A stretch of 64,000 nucleotides of DNA, taken from contig NC_134032.1 of the NCBI RefSeq assembly GCF_964204645.1, positions 4,984,175 through 5,048,174 of the forward strand. The letters are read 5' to 3'. Every line of letters begins with the position of its first letter. The first letter of the stretch is position 1. The translations under genes were made by a program, and so were the position numbers. This document shows, in pieces, positions 1-11,932 of the stretch. The notes beneath the pieces were generated by a model. The model was given only the letters and a program-made list of their open reading frames with translations. It did not search any database and was not told the DNA's origin. This DNA comes from Tubulanus polymorphus (taxonomy: Eukaryota; Animalia; Nemertea).

Positions 1-109
1 CCATAACAGACCCGGCCGCTATAGAAATGAACTGTTTATAGATTTTATCATATTTTACAAAAATGACCCGGCCGCTGCGGAGAAACAAGGTATCATTTTT
101 GTTTAGCCT

Positions 110-559
110 AATAGATTAAAAGTTGTTGTTAAAGAGTTAATACTAAAACCAAAATCTGACATATCACTAAAAGATAGAATAAAATTATTATTTAAGTTTG
201 AAGGAATAACAATTCTTTCAATTCTAACAGCTGTAACTATGTTATTTACAACAATTGGTTTAGCAATATCAAATGCTTTAAAATCTACTCCTACTCCAAA
301 TAAACCTGATAAACCCCCAGATAATAATTCTATACAAGATAAAGTTAAGGATGGTTTAAAGAAATTAGCAAAATATTTATGGGAACTATCTAAAAAATCT
401 GCTGCAGCTTTACCAGGAATTATTGCATCAATTGTTGGTTTTATATTGAAATCTGCAGGAAACATTATTAACTTTGCTGCTGAACATATTATTTTATTTT
501 TAATTACAGTTGTAAGTGCAATTATTTTTGGGTTAGTAAACATGATAAAAAATAAATAA
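110..559 (+). CDS. C-terminal part of a Polinton coiled-coil/membrane protein (ORF 239-559)
   Basis: Near-identical to 58350-58802; hydrophobic segments ITILSILTAVTMLFTTIGLAI and IILFLITVVSAIIFGLV. Confidence 0.7.
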   Translation, partial: NRLKVVVKELILKPKSDISLKDRIKLLFKFEGITILSILTAVTMLFTTIGLAISNALKSTPTPNKPDKPPDNNSIQDKVKDGLKKLAKYLWELSKKSAAALPGIIASIVGFILKSAGNIINFAAEHIILFLITVVSAIIFGLVNMIKNK

Positions 560-579
560 TTAATTTTTTTGTTAAATAA

Positions 580-1814
580 ATGACTGGGAGTTATATCAAT
601 CCTTCTAAGAATCATAGAATATCTAATGCTATTAAAGCAGAAAGATCACATCATATAATTACTCATCCCAATGAAACTTTATATGTTAGAATTCCTCGAT
701 TAACACAAAATACTTTTTATGTTCCAAATAGTATTTATTTATCAGCCGATATAAAAGTAATCGGTAATAATAATAATTATGTTGTTGATAATGTTGGAAG
801 ATATATTTGATTAAAAAATTAACTATAAAGATGGGCCCAGAAACAGTTTTCTCATTAGATGATTATAATTTATTTATGCATTATAAAGATTTATGGTTAA
901 CTAAAGAAAATAGAAATAATATGATATTTCAAGGAATCCAATCAGAAAACCAAAATAAATTAAGATCAGAAGCACATAATGCAATATTAACTAATGCTGT
1001 AGATAAATTGATAAAAAGTATATATGGAAGCAAATATAAAATTCCATTAGACTTTGAATTGATAAATAACAATGCACCTTTATATAAATACGCAATTCAA
1101 GAAGACGTTATATTTGAGATAACATTTGCTGCTGTTAATGAAATCGTTATATCTAGCGTTAATAAAGATATGAGTTATAAATTATCGAATATATGTTCAG
1201 AATATGATACAGCAACTGATGAAAATATTTCAAGTATAATTCAAACTAAATCCAATCAAGCATTTTCATTATTATATGATTATATTGTTAAATTTAAAAC
1301 TGTAACTATTAATGCAAATGATGAAATTATTAATGAGAATATTAACTTCCCAAGAAGATCTATTAAAGGTATATTAATATATTTTTTTATAATTGCAACA
1401 TATACTAATGGCGCAATAAATGTTGATAATTATTATAATCCTGAAATAACAAAAGTTGAAATAACTATCGAAGGAATAGCAAATAAAATATTTTTTCAAG
1501 GAATGAGAATGATTGATCAATGGCCAGAAATTAGAAAACATTTAATGAATGAAAAAGTAAAATCATCTGAAAATTGTAATATTAATCAAATTGATTATTT
1601 TACCGGTAATAAATATACATTATGATTAGATTTTAGAACAACAGAAGATAATTCATTACATGGTTCTGGAAAAAAATTACAAAACACTAAAGATGGAATA
1701 CAATTATTCATGACAAAGAATAAAGGAATCAAAAATTTTAAAATGCACATTTATATAATATCTGACGCGCAATTAAATATTGTAAATTCTCAATTAAATA
1801 GTGTTATGTATTAA
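580..1814 (+). pseudogene. Major capsid protein (double jelly-roll), disrupted
   Basis: ORFs 580-810 and 807-1625 join through a 2-nt frameshift; reading continues past TGA 1623 (LDFRTTEDNSLHGSG) to TAA 1814. ~410 codons with Polinton capsid-like beta-rich motifs (LYVRIPRL, YVPNSIYL, VGRYLIKKL). 18-bp deletion relative to copy C near 665. Confidence 0.75.
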
Positions 1815-1846
1815 AATTTTAACTTCAATAAAAATTTATATAATAA

Positions 1847-2780
1847 ATGGAAGGAGGTAAAGTATATAAACATATTCCATACATCGATAGACATGAAAAT
1901 AATGATGGTTTATATTATGTAATACCTTGTAATATAGCTTTGATATATAGCTTTGATATTTGATCCTATTTTCAAAATTTATAAAACTAAACTAATAGAA
2001 ATAGATAATAATAAAAGTGAAGTTGTTGATAATTTAAGTAATGTAATTGATAATAATGTAATACCTTTTACATCTAATAATGTAATACCTACTACATCTA
2101 ATAATGTAATACCTACTACATCTAATAATGTAATACCTTCTACATCTAATAATGTAATACCTTCTACATCTTATAATGTAATACCTTCTACATCTAATAA
2201 TGCAATAATATTAAATGTTAGTGAAAATAGAAATTATTGTGATTATTGTAAAGGCGAATTTTCAAACGCTCCATCAAATTGGAATAATCATATGAATACA
2301 AAGGTACATATTACTAATGTAATAGATCGTGTTGGTAAAAAAGAATTTATAGAACACCCATTTAGATATGTTACAAAGTTTGTTTCAAATCAAAAAGTAA
2401 ATGGTGAAAAAATTAATGAAGATTTATTATTAGCAACACCTAATAAAGATGAATTAGATTTAACCGATGCTATTAAATTAATATCAAACATTGTAAATGA
2501 AATATTAGGAGCAAACACTAATAAAGATAATAATGAAAATGGTGCCGTATGGCACCCACATGGTGATATAGTTACAGGAAAGCGCATTGATAATAAAGAT
2601 TCTTTGAAACTTAAATCAGAAAATAAAGATATAGTTGAGATGACTAATAAGTATATCAATAAACCAATTATTTATGAAGATTCGGTAGAGCATTTGAATA
2701 AATTGTTAGGGTCTGATGATGAATTGGAGAGTGATGATGAAAGTGATTCAGAAAGTAATTATCTAACACTCAAAAAGTAA
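1847..2780 (+). pseudogene. Polinton ORF with 8-aa repeats and a zinc finger (5' frameshift)
   Basis: TAAATG start at 1847; ORF 1953-2780 has TSNNVIPx repeats, CDYC...H...H and an acidic tail. Confidence 0.6.
2050..2200 (+). repeat. 24-bp coding tandem repeat (TSNNVIPT), ~6 copies
   Basis: ACATCTAATAATGTAATACCTACT repeated; also at ~59470-59620. Confidence 0.9.
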
Positions 2781-3135
2781 TAAAGGTTGAAAATTGTATA
2801 AAATAATAGTAAATAAAAAAGGGGGTTTTAAGTAATAAGGTATCTAATACATATCTAATACGTATCTAATACGTATCTAATACGTATTTAATACATATTA
2901 TTTGAAAATACCTTAAAATATATTTCTTTTTTAAATTTATATTGAAACCTCAGTAATAATAAATAACCTTTATTATTTTCAAATTTATTCATATATTAGT
3001 TGAAAAAATAAAAATAAATTGGTTAAAAACTGTATGAATAATATTTATTTTAAAAATGGGGTTTTAAGATTTAATGTATTTAATACGTATTTAATACGTA
3101 TTTAATACGTATTAGATTGATAGATATATAAATAG

Positions 3136-3747
3136 TTATTTTATAAATTTATATTCATATGGAAATTGTAATCTCAGTAATAATTTTGAACCTTTATTAT
3201 TCTTTAATTTATTCATAGATTCATCATGTAATTCAGTGGGTATAATTTGATTTTCTTCCAATGATTGTTGCATAGATTTTCTATCTTTATTGTAGAATAA
3301 AACTAGAAATCTTATATTCTCCGTAAAGTCTTTAACAATTGAATTATATTTTAGATTTAAAACCCATGTTGTTATCCCAAAATGTCTCCCAGAGAAAGCT
3401 AAATAACATAACTCACTTTCTCTAACTTTTGAATCATGTAAATTTGCGCAATCATCTACAATGAATAATGTATTTGATCCTTTATAAGTATCAATTGCTT
3501 TTTTTATACAATTATCTAAATTTTCTTTTACTGTTTTAGGATCTAATATAATAAACTTTTTTATCTTAACTATATCTCTATTATATGTTTTATTCATTTC
3601 ATAAGTAGGACAGAATAATATTATATTATCAAAATGATTCTTATAAATAGTTTCTAACAAATCTAATATGAAATGTGTTTTACCACAATTGGTTACACCA
3701 GTAACTAACATATTATGCGGTTCGAATATAAATAAATCTTTATTCAT
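3136..3747 (-). CDS. A32/FtsK-like DNA-packaging ATPase
   Basis: Walker A GVTNCGKT, Walker B LFIVDD, GRHFGIT motif; start overlaps the integrase stop. Confidence 0.92.
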   Translation of the reverse strand: MNKDLFIFEPHNMLVTGVTNCGKTHFILDLLETIYKNHFDNIILFCPTYEMNKTYNRDIVKIKKFIILDPKTVKENLDNCIKKAIDTYKGSNTLFIVDDCANLHDSKVRESELCYLAFSGRHFGITTWVLNLKYNSIVKDFTENIRFLVLFYNKDRKSMQQSLEENQIIPTELHDESMNKLKNNKGSKLLLRLQFPYEYKFIK

Positions 3748-4825
3748 TTATTCTTTTAATTTTGCTAGATAAAATCCATTCATTAAATTTATCATCATAT
3801 CCTTTATATTTCACCAAAGAATACTTTTTTCCTTTAAGAGTTTTTGATTTCAATACTTTTTCTATTTTGTATTCTATTTCATCTGGATTTGGTACAAGTG
3901 ATAATTTTTGTACATAGAAATAACCTAATATTTCTTCATCTTTTAGATCTTCTAATTTATAAACGAAAGGTTTAGTTAATATTATCTTTTTAATCTTAAA
4001 TATTTCTTCAGTAAAATTTGGAGTATAACCTTTATAAAATGTTTTTCTATATTTAGATATTCTGACGTGTTGTCCTATTTTAAATTTGGGTTCTCCGAAA
4101 TCATGTGTAACAAACACACCATACAAATTATTCCAAACTATTTCCGAATTATCTTCTTTTCTAGCTTGTATAGGTTTCATATTTATAGAACTATGTTTAG
4201 AATTATTATAACCTTTCACTAAATCATCTAATACATCGATATATTTATATGTTTCATTAGCAGTAAAGTATTTCCACATTCTAGTTTTCAATGTTTTATT
4301 AAATCTTTCTATAATAGATGCTTTTTTATCTGAATGTGTTGAAAAATAATCTACATCGTTATCAGATAATAGTTTTTTGAAATGTTTGTTATAAAATTCC
4401 TTACCTTCATCAAATTGTATCTTATCTGGAATAGCTTCTTTAAATATAGATTTAAAAGCATTTGTTACTTCTACACCAGTTTTATTTTTGATTGGAACTG
4501 ACCATGCGTATCGACTGAATATGTCTATAACATTTAATATCCAGAAATATCCTTTGTTGTATTCCTCTAAGTTCTTCATGTCAATTAAATCAGCTTGCCA
4601 TTGTTGATCGATATATGAAACCATAACTTTTCTTGTTAAATAAGTTTTATCCATTTTCTTGTGGATTTGATACGTTGGTTGATTTTGTAACCACGATTTT
4701 AATTCGCTATATTTTATATTTTCCTTATCAGATTTAATTTTACCCCATAATTCTGAAACGTTAGAATATGATACTTCACTTTCTGGGTTGTAATAGAAAT
4801 CTTTCAAATATTGTTCTTTTTTCAT
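3740..4825 (-). CDS. Retroviral-like (rve, DDE) integrase with C-terminal chromodomain
   Basis: WQADLIDM, IDIFSRYAW, IQFDEGKEF, IERFNKTLK; chromodomain YKIEKVL...LVKYKGYDDKFNEWI; intact 361 aa. Confidence 0.96.
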   Translation of the reverse strand: MKKEQYLKDFYYNPESEVSYSNVSELWGKIKSDKENIKYSELKSWLQNQPTYQIHKKMDKTYLTRKVMVSYIDQQWQADLIDMKNLEEYNKGYFWILNVIDIFSRYAWSVPIKNKTGVEVTNAFKSIFKEAIPDKIQFDEGKEFYNKHFKKLLSDNDVDYFSTHSDKKASIIERFNKTLKTRMWKYFTANETYKYIDVLDDLVKGYNNSKHSSINMKPIQARKEDNSEIVWNNLYGVFVTHDFGEPKFKIGQHVRISKYRKTFYKGYTPNFTEEIFKIKKIILTKPFVYKLEDLKDEEILGYFYVQKLSLVPNPDEIEYKIEKVLKSKTLKGKKYSLVKYKGYDDKFNEWILSSKIKRINE

Positions 4826-5201
4826 CTTATTTTAATCCATTAATAATAATTTACATTTAGTTTCAATGACTTTATGATTTGACTTATTTTCTGGTATAAT
4901 AGATTTATTGTCTTTGGAATCATCTTTATCATCAGATTTGAATTTTGATTTATAAATTACACCGGATAATATAATAACTGTTACTAATCCAATTGTAATA
5001 TATATCAGTTAATTTCTTTTTCTTAGCTTTTTTTAATTCTGAAGATCTTTTACCTAATTCTCTTGCCCATTTAATTTGTTTCTCGGATCTAGGCTTTTTC
5101 TTAACGCCATCACTCATTTATTTTAGTTAATTTTTGTTCTGATTCATTTTCTGTTTCGACGTTTGGTTGAGTACATCTGTTTCGTTCTTACCTGATTTAT
5201 A

Positions 5202-5711
5202 TTACATAGGTTTGATGTTCGAAAATGTTATGACGCCAGTAGAAATTAATGTAATAACCGATCCTAATTGAAATGAAGCATAACCAACCCATTTTTGTAA
5301 TTCAGTCATTTCTAAATAGTCATTTTTCAAATCACTATATAATTTATTTTCATCATTAATTGGTATTAACTGGTTACATAACTTAGAATAACATTTGGCA
5401 ATACCATCTGAATTAGAATCATTTATTCGGGCTAATCTTGCCTCTTCATAAATCTTAAAATGTTTTATTACTTTATCGGGTTTCATAGAGTCTAATTCTT
5501 GAAAAGTAATACTTCTATTTAAAAACTCTTTAGATTTTCCGCCAGCAATCAATAGTTCTAGATGATGCTTACAATATAAATAGTATTCATAATCAATATT
5601 ACAATTAACTTGAGCACAATTAGTTCCAACTGTATCTTTATTATCACTAATACCCAAATCATCTAATGTCTTTTCAATATCAATACTATTCTTACTCGAT
5701 TTCTTTGACAT
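5202..5711 (-). CDS. Polinton hypothetical protein, 169 aa, hydrophobic C-terminus
   Basis: Open ORF with TAAATG start context, same strand as the integrase. Confidence 0.6.
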   Translation of the reverse strand: MSKKSSKNSIDIEKTLDDLGISDNKDTVGTNCAQVNCNIDYEYYLYCKHHLELLIAGGKSKEFLNRSITFQELDSMKPDKVIKHFKIYEEARLARINDSNSDGIAKCYSKLCNQLIPINDENKLYSDLKNDYLEMTELQKWVGYASFQLGSVITLISTGVITFSNIKPM

Positions 5712-6432
5712 TTATATTAGAGAAATTTAATAAGAAAAAATATTATAAGTATTACAAAATGATACTAGATAGTTAAAGTTAAAGAATTCTAGTATTGACT
5801 ACTGATACTAGCTATTTGAATTTAAAGAATTTCTATTTGAATCTATTCAAAATATAAAGTATTCTTTTTTGAAAAGAAAATATTAAAAATATAATAGAAT
5901 TCACTAGCTAGTTGAAGTTATTGTTTTTTAAATACTTTTTATTTAAAATCTATTTGATATCTCACTACTTTTGTTTATCTATTAGGAGCAGTAATTATAA
6001 CTGTCCAGATAAGTCATTTCGGATCCTTGATATCAAATTCCTCAACGTATTGTTCATTATTTGGATCATTGTTCCATTGATCAATAAATTTCTTTGCCTT
6101 TGTTAACTGTTCTAAGTATAACTGTAAATCTAGTTTATTAGATTAGATTTTATTTTCTTTCTTTTCAAGAGGTCTTAAATTTTTCAAATTCCAAATAAGT
6201 TTTTTATTGTATTCATCATTCCTTTCCATTTATAAATCAAATTTTTATTAAAATTAACATTTTAGAATCCTCTTCCATTTTTTCGACAAACGTCATCCTT
6301 TTTCATTCCTCGCTGCTTTTGATAAGTCATTTCGGATCCTCGATTAAAAATCCTCAACTGAAAATCAATTCAACGAAACGACTGGTGGAAATATCATTTC
6401 ATAAACACATATATTTATTATGTAAATTTTAG

Positions 6433-6790
6433 CGATCGATAATAGAACAATGGAGAACAATAGAAAAGCGGTCCAATCGGACCGGTTATTGCGCAATACA
6501 CAGTTATATTTTTATTCTGTAAACTACAACATTCAAACATAGAACTGTAACCAATCAATATTGAGCAGCTGTTTCCGTCAACAACGATCAATAATAGAAC
6601 AATGGAGAACAAAAGAAATGCGGTCCAATCGGACCGGTTATTGCGCAATACTTAGTTAACAGTAAACAATCAATACAGAACAACCGCCGCCATTAACAAC
6701 GATCAATAATAGAACAATGGAGAACAATAGAAAAGCGGTTCAATCGGACCGGTTATTGCGCAATACTTAGTTAACAGTAATCAATACAAT
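6433..6790. repeat. Subterminal array, 3 copies of a ~65-bp core with palindromes
   Basis: CGATCAATAATAGAACAATGGAGAACAATAGAAAAGCGGTCCAATCGGACCGGTTATTGCGCAATAC at ~6435, ~6585, ~6700. Confidence 0.85.
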
Positions 6791-6854
6791 ATTAAAACAG
6801 ATATGTACAATCGAGATTACATTTTTTGATATCTAAGACCTTCAGTGTTATGAT

Positions 6855-7259
6855 TTATAATTTTGTCCAGAATTCTTTAATTACTGGATTGTTTCCAATC
6901 ATTTCTTCAATTTCTGGTAAATATCTGACTACTTCACTAAATGCTAATCCTAATATTTTGAATTTTTCATATTTTATTAATCCACCTACTCTTCTCAGTT
7001 TTCTTTCAAAACCGGCACTGATATCTCCACTCATTTTCTTAGTTTTCGATTCTTTGAGTCCCAACAGCAATTTATGTCGCATTGCTGGTAGTTTTGGTAA
7101 TTGTAGTTCGCGCGGTAATTGTTTATTATGTATTACGTCACTCAGAATTTTCACCATTTCTTGATGATAATCTATTGATTCCTGAGTTTCACTATCCAGC
7201 AGCAATCGTTCCTCACCCGTTGGTTGGCTTAGAATTTCTGGTTGATCTCTGTATTCCAT
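6855..7259 (-). CDS. Polinton subterminal hypothetical protein, 134 aa
   Basis: Open ORF; a degraded, divergent counterpart appears at ~62490-62800 in copy C. Confidence 0.45.
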   Translation of the reverse strand: MEYRDQPEILSQPTGEERLLLDSETQESIDYHQEMVKILSDVIHNKQLPRELQLPKLPAMRHKLLLGLKESKTKKMSGDISAGFERKLRRVGGLIKYEKFKILGLAFSEVVRYLPEIEEMIGNNPVIKEFWTKL

Positions 7260-7612
7260 TTTAATCTAAAAGATAAAAAAACGTGAAAATGAATTACTGT
7301 ACTTTAATATGTTTAAAGGTTTCCCTACTTCATAATAACTACAAAAAACGGTACTTACATTTAGATTTAGAACTGTAAACTGTATTTTGAGAGAGAATAT
7401 CCAATACGTACTATGTATGTGAAAGTTGATTTCTAACTGCCGACGTGGCGCACGTTCGACCAAACTAATTCTTTCTGCACAGATGTTCTTTATGATGAAG
7501 TTAATTAATTCTTTAGAATTGAAAACAAGATATATTTGGCAACATATGTTTTAGTAGTAAGCAAAAGCTATGTATTATAGACATACAAAGCTCAAATAGA
7601 ATTGCCAGCTTT

Positions 7613-8273
7613 CTAACCACTGATTAAAACCTCAGAACGCGGTTGATTCTGTGAAATACTATTCCATAATTCAACAAATGTCTTTGCTTTATCCAGTTGA
7701 TCTAAATATAACTGTAAATCTAGTTTATTAGATTTAATTATGTCTTCCTTCTTTTCTAAAGGTCTTAGATTCTTCCAATTCCAAATAAGTTTTTTATTGT
7801 ATTCATCATTCATGTCAAATTTAGAAATCGACAACACGTGATCAATATGAAAGTATTCGCCATAATTATCTATACTCATTTTATCGTCGAATTGATATAT
7901 TATCCATGATTTGAGAAATTCATCTGAACAACCCAACAAATTAGATAATGTTTCTGAATGTGTTTCTTTGTTGAATAATTGTGTTAATCTAGATCTTAAG
8001 CATTGTTTTAATCTAAAATTAAGATCTGTTTGATATCTTCCTCTCATGTATTCTGTCATATAATCATTGTAAGCTTCTCTATTATCTTCTCGATATTGTT
8101 TGGTATATAGTTTAGTACAAGTTTTACAGCAATATTGAAAACCATCTTTGCTAATCTTACGATTCTGTTATAGCTAATTTATCTAATTCACATTTAGAAC
8201 ACTTCTAGTAGTATATATTTATGACACCAGTGTTATTTGTAATATTGATAGTTTGTGGTTGTTCTGATTCCAT
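7613..8273 (-). pseudogene. HNH endonuclease with N-terminal zinc ribbon (frameshifted)
   Basis: HIDHVLSISKF...WNWKNLRPLEKKEDIIKSNK; homologous to the intact ORF 61023-61682. Confidence 0.8.
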
Positions 8274-8291
8274 TTATTATACATATTTTTT

Positions 8292-8688
8292 TACTAAATT
8301 GATTTTAGAAGTTCAATGATTTATATCATGTATTATTTCAATCACACTTTACTAACACTTTTAATGTTTAAAAATCTAACTCATACAAATATAAATATTG
8401 AAATAATGTTGTAAATATATCTATCTATATATTCTATAAGAGCTCACACTTTTATATTGAATTATCTGTCAATTTAAATGTTATTCATGTATATGATTAT
8501 TTTAAGAGTAATAGGGGTAATAGGCTTTCAGGTTAAAGGTTGAAGGGGCAAGTGAGTAAAAATAACAATAATTTACAGTTGAATTAGCAGTGTGCGCGAC
8601 TAATTCAACTGTAAATTATTGTTATTTTCATTTTTTTACGAGCTCGACCCTTCGACCTTTGATCTGAAAGCCTATTATCCCTATTACT
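8292..8688. repeat. Right TIR of copy A; outer 182 bp (8507-8688) is a self-complementary hairpin
   Basis: Reverse complement matches the left end of copy C (48828-49279). Starts AGTAATAGGGGTAATAGGCTTTCAG at 8507 and ends CTGAAAGCCTATTATCCCTATTACT at 8688. Confidence 0.92.
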
Positions 8689-11600
8689 CACGTGGCTGGT
8701 TATGTTCGAACAGAATTCAAATAACATCAAAATTCAACGCCGGCGAACCTCTGCAGAACATTCGAAATTACTGTTTTCATATCGTCACACGTACGCACGT
8801 GTTCAGTTTTCAGACTTTTTCACGTCGTGCAACTCAAGTTTTCACGTTTTCGCGGTGGATGAAGTTAATCACCCTTCAGCATATGTGTTTTCTAGAAATT
8901 CGGAGGACCAAATTTAAATGGACAAGAGGGCATCTGTTACCCTGATATAAGTCACATATTTTATAATCATACGTATCTACAGTTTCATATCGAATGGTTC
9001 ATAATATTTCATATCTCTTACTACATGAAATGCTTAATAGTGATAATAATATCAATAATATGATAAAACTTATGAATATAGTATCAATATATGCTTTATC
9101 GTAATCAACATGTCAGACTACTCGATCTGTATTCATAGTAATTAGCTCTAGTCAGTGCTCATCAATAATTAATTAATTAATTAATAATTAATTAATGTCT
9201 CTTAGACATGTCACTGGGAGTAAGTTTGTGAGTCCTGTTGTCAACAACTTGTCTGACACCTAGTTCTCACATTATACTCATGATTCTGTATATAAAGACT
9301 ATGTAAAGTTATACTAATCTTCTCATTCCGGGATGCAATACAGATTGTAGATATAAGGTTTAAATGCCCTGTTGTTCCTGATGGATGGAATCCTGTAACG
9401 CTGGTATAAATGCTTGTTCCCCAGCCAGCCTGCCGATACAGTTCACAGTTTACTCGGTGTTAAATGAATTGTCAGTCCTGTGTGAAATGATGTTGTTAGT
9501 TTAAGGAGAATTGCATAAGACTGCTTGCCTTTTTGCACAATTTACTTGTATCCTACAACTTACATCATAATATAGAGAAATTGAATAATGATAATGATTC
9601 AGATTTTCTTTTTTATAGAGCATCTCAAAACATCGATAGTTGAGTAGAATAATTCACTCTCTAATGAGATACTAACCATAGACAAAGATAAAAAAGAAAT
9701 ATAATGAAAAAAATATGCACAAACCCAAAACAATAAGATTCTCTAAACAAATATGCCTGTTCAGATTTTTTGTTAAGAAAGCATGTTTTCCCGAACAAAC
9801 ATCATAACACATAATGATACTATCAAATCAAGATAATCTGAAACCCCTTTTAGGTATTTGTTTATAATTCCCTATAATTTGAGAAAAAAGGATTTAAACT
9901 GGGAAGAACCTTGGTCCATTGATTTTAGAGGTATTTGTTTTTCTTTTTAGACTCTCAAAACATTCTTGCCGGATATGTTATCGGCGAACTATGGTTATAT
10001 CATGAACATAGCATCAATGGCTGGATATCATGCAACATCCTATCTGACTGATTACTGGTAAGCACTGATGAACTCCCGTATTCATTCTGACGACTTATCA
10101 TTTTTTTCTGATGTTAGTTGTATTAACGGATTAGCTCTGTTCATCAAAATTATCACTTTTGGTAAGTTTGATACTTTAGAACGACCTTTTTCTGCCGTAG
10201 AACTCCGTAGGGCCAGGTCAGGTATGATGTCATGTACGGGTCGATAATACAGGGTGGCTCCGATGATATCGAAATCATGAGGCTATACGTTCCAGGATCG
10301 ATCTTCATCTCCTTATCAAGTTAATTCGAAAAAGTTAATTCGAAAGGAATTATACTTTACACCGTTCTTTTACCAGTTCTAAACGTATTAGTGTCACGAT
10401 TGTTTCAATCAAGTCGAGTGGAGTATGCATTTTAGTGATCCAAACCAGGCAAAGCCAAGATATCCAACAGCATTTTCTCCCACTCATGGCAAATGCAGTT
10501 ACTGTGGTATACATTGGCTAGCCCCTAGTCATTGTAGGCCCAAGTTTAATCAAAATGACATATGGCCCGTTAAAGCCCAGTATGGCCTATGCCAGTATAT
10601 TGGATCCAAAGTCCAAATGTTCCTACACATCTCATTTTGAAAGTAAATTCAAATTTAAATACCGTTCACGTAAAATATTAAAAACAACTGAATAAATCAT
10701 ATAACAATTTTCTATTATACCCTTCAACATAGCGTCGCCAGATTTTTTATTTAATGTCTAAATCGTATATTTACTCTTTATATATACCACATTTAATTAT
10801 GTGGATGATGAGATGGGGTTGAACAATAGCGTACTGATCATATATTTCAAATTATAAAAGAAGTGATGCATAGGCTAGCCTACGTCAATCCGTTTATATT
10901 GGATACATTGAAACCATATTGCTTTAACTAACTGATTTCTGACGACAAATGCAAAAAACTTTCAAAATTGGACGAATATTTCATAGAAACACGTTCGCCA
11001 ACGATCCTGGCGAGCTCTCGAGAGCTCTCGTTAACTAATGACATTCTGATATGATTACTTCGATATTTCGCTGGGACGGACATCATGAGGCAGGCGCCGG
11101 CGGAACGTTAATTGCGTTTTTCGTGAATGTTGAAAAAATATTGGCATGTCCCGGAATCGGTGACCACAAAAGCACGTCGTTCGGCAACAAAAAATTGTTG
11201 ATGGAACAGGACAAAGTCGTCGTAGCTACCCGATCAATCAAAACGTATATATGGCCAAGCGTTCAGTAAACACACATATAATATAGATTATGTTATTCCT
11301 GAGCGCAATTAATGCCAATTACTCGTGTAGTTTAACATATTAAATGGGAATTTCATTAAATTTTGGATCGCTAGATTTTGCTTTATTTTTGACAAAAAAG
11401 TTTGAAAAAAATATCCGGCTTGCAGACTTTTAGACTTCTCTACGCTTAACTAGAATGTTTTCGATGGTGTCTGATAATCTTGATACTCTAGGGTCGAAAA
11501 GGCACTCCTTTATGTCGATATCTTAACTAGAGTAATAGGCATTTATTATATTTGTAAACAAAACTATAACTTGTATCTTGTTACAGTGCATCCAAGTTTG

Positions 11601-11932
11601 CAGTCCGTGGATTCACTTTGGGTCTCGAACATGAAATACGAGTTTGCCATAAAAAAGACTACGTTCACGTGACCGGAGTTTACCCGATGTTTGTTGACAC
11701 TGGAATGACATGGTATCCTAAGTCTAGGTCAGTATCACTTGGTAAAATTTGTGTGAAGTAAAACTGTTGAGTCATCCTAGTCTATACATGAGTACATACG
11801 TATATTCTCCACCGATACTCCACTGATTGTGTTTACAGTAGAATAGGAAACATAAGTAATAGGAAAAGTAGGCTTTCAGATCAGAGGTCGAGACACCTCT
11901 CATCACCACAAGTAATTTTTTTTCCCTTATTA

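Larger units (their letters stand above)
110..8688 (+). mobile_element. Polinton/Maverick copy A, right half (left part absent or interrupted)
   Basis: Contains capsid, packaging ATPase, rve integrase and HNH genes. Ends in ...CTGAAAGCCTATTATCCCTATTACT at 8688, the same terminus as copy C (63606). Colinear with copy C from ~58350 onward. Confidence 0.92.

Noticed and set aside
103-615. Antisense ORFs (103-615, 2390-2659, 58340-58786, 35126-35443 and similar)
   Set aside because: Shadow frames opposite better-supported genes.
8689-11854. Possible host exons or short ORFs
   Set aside because: No recognisable protein motif or consistent exon chain; only a weak shared repeat (CAACATAGCGTCGCCAGATTT, also near 41916).
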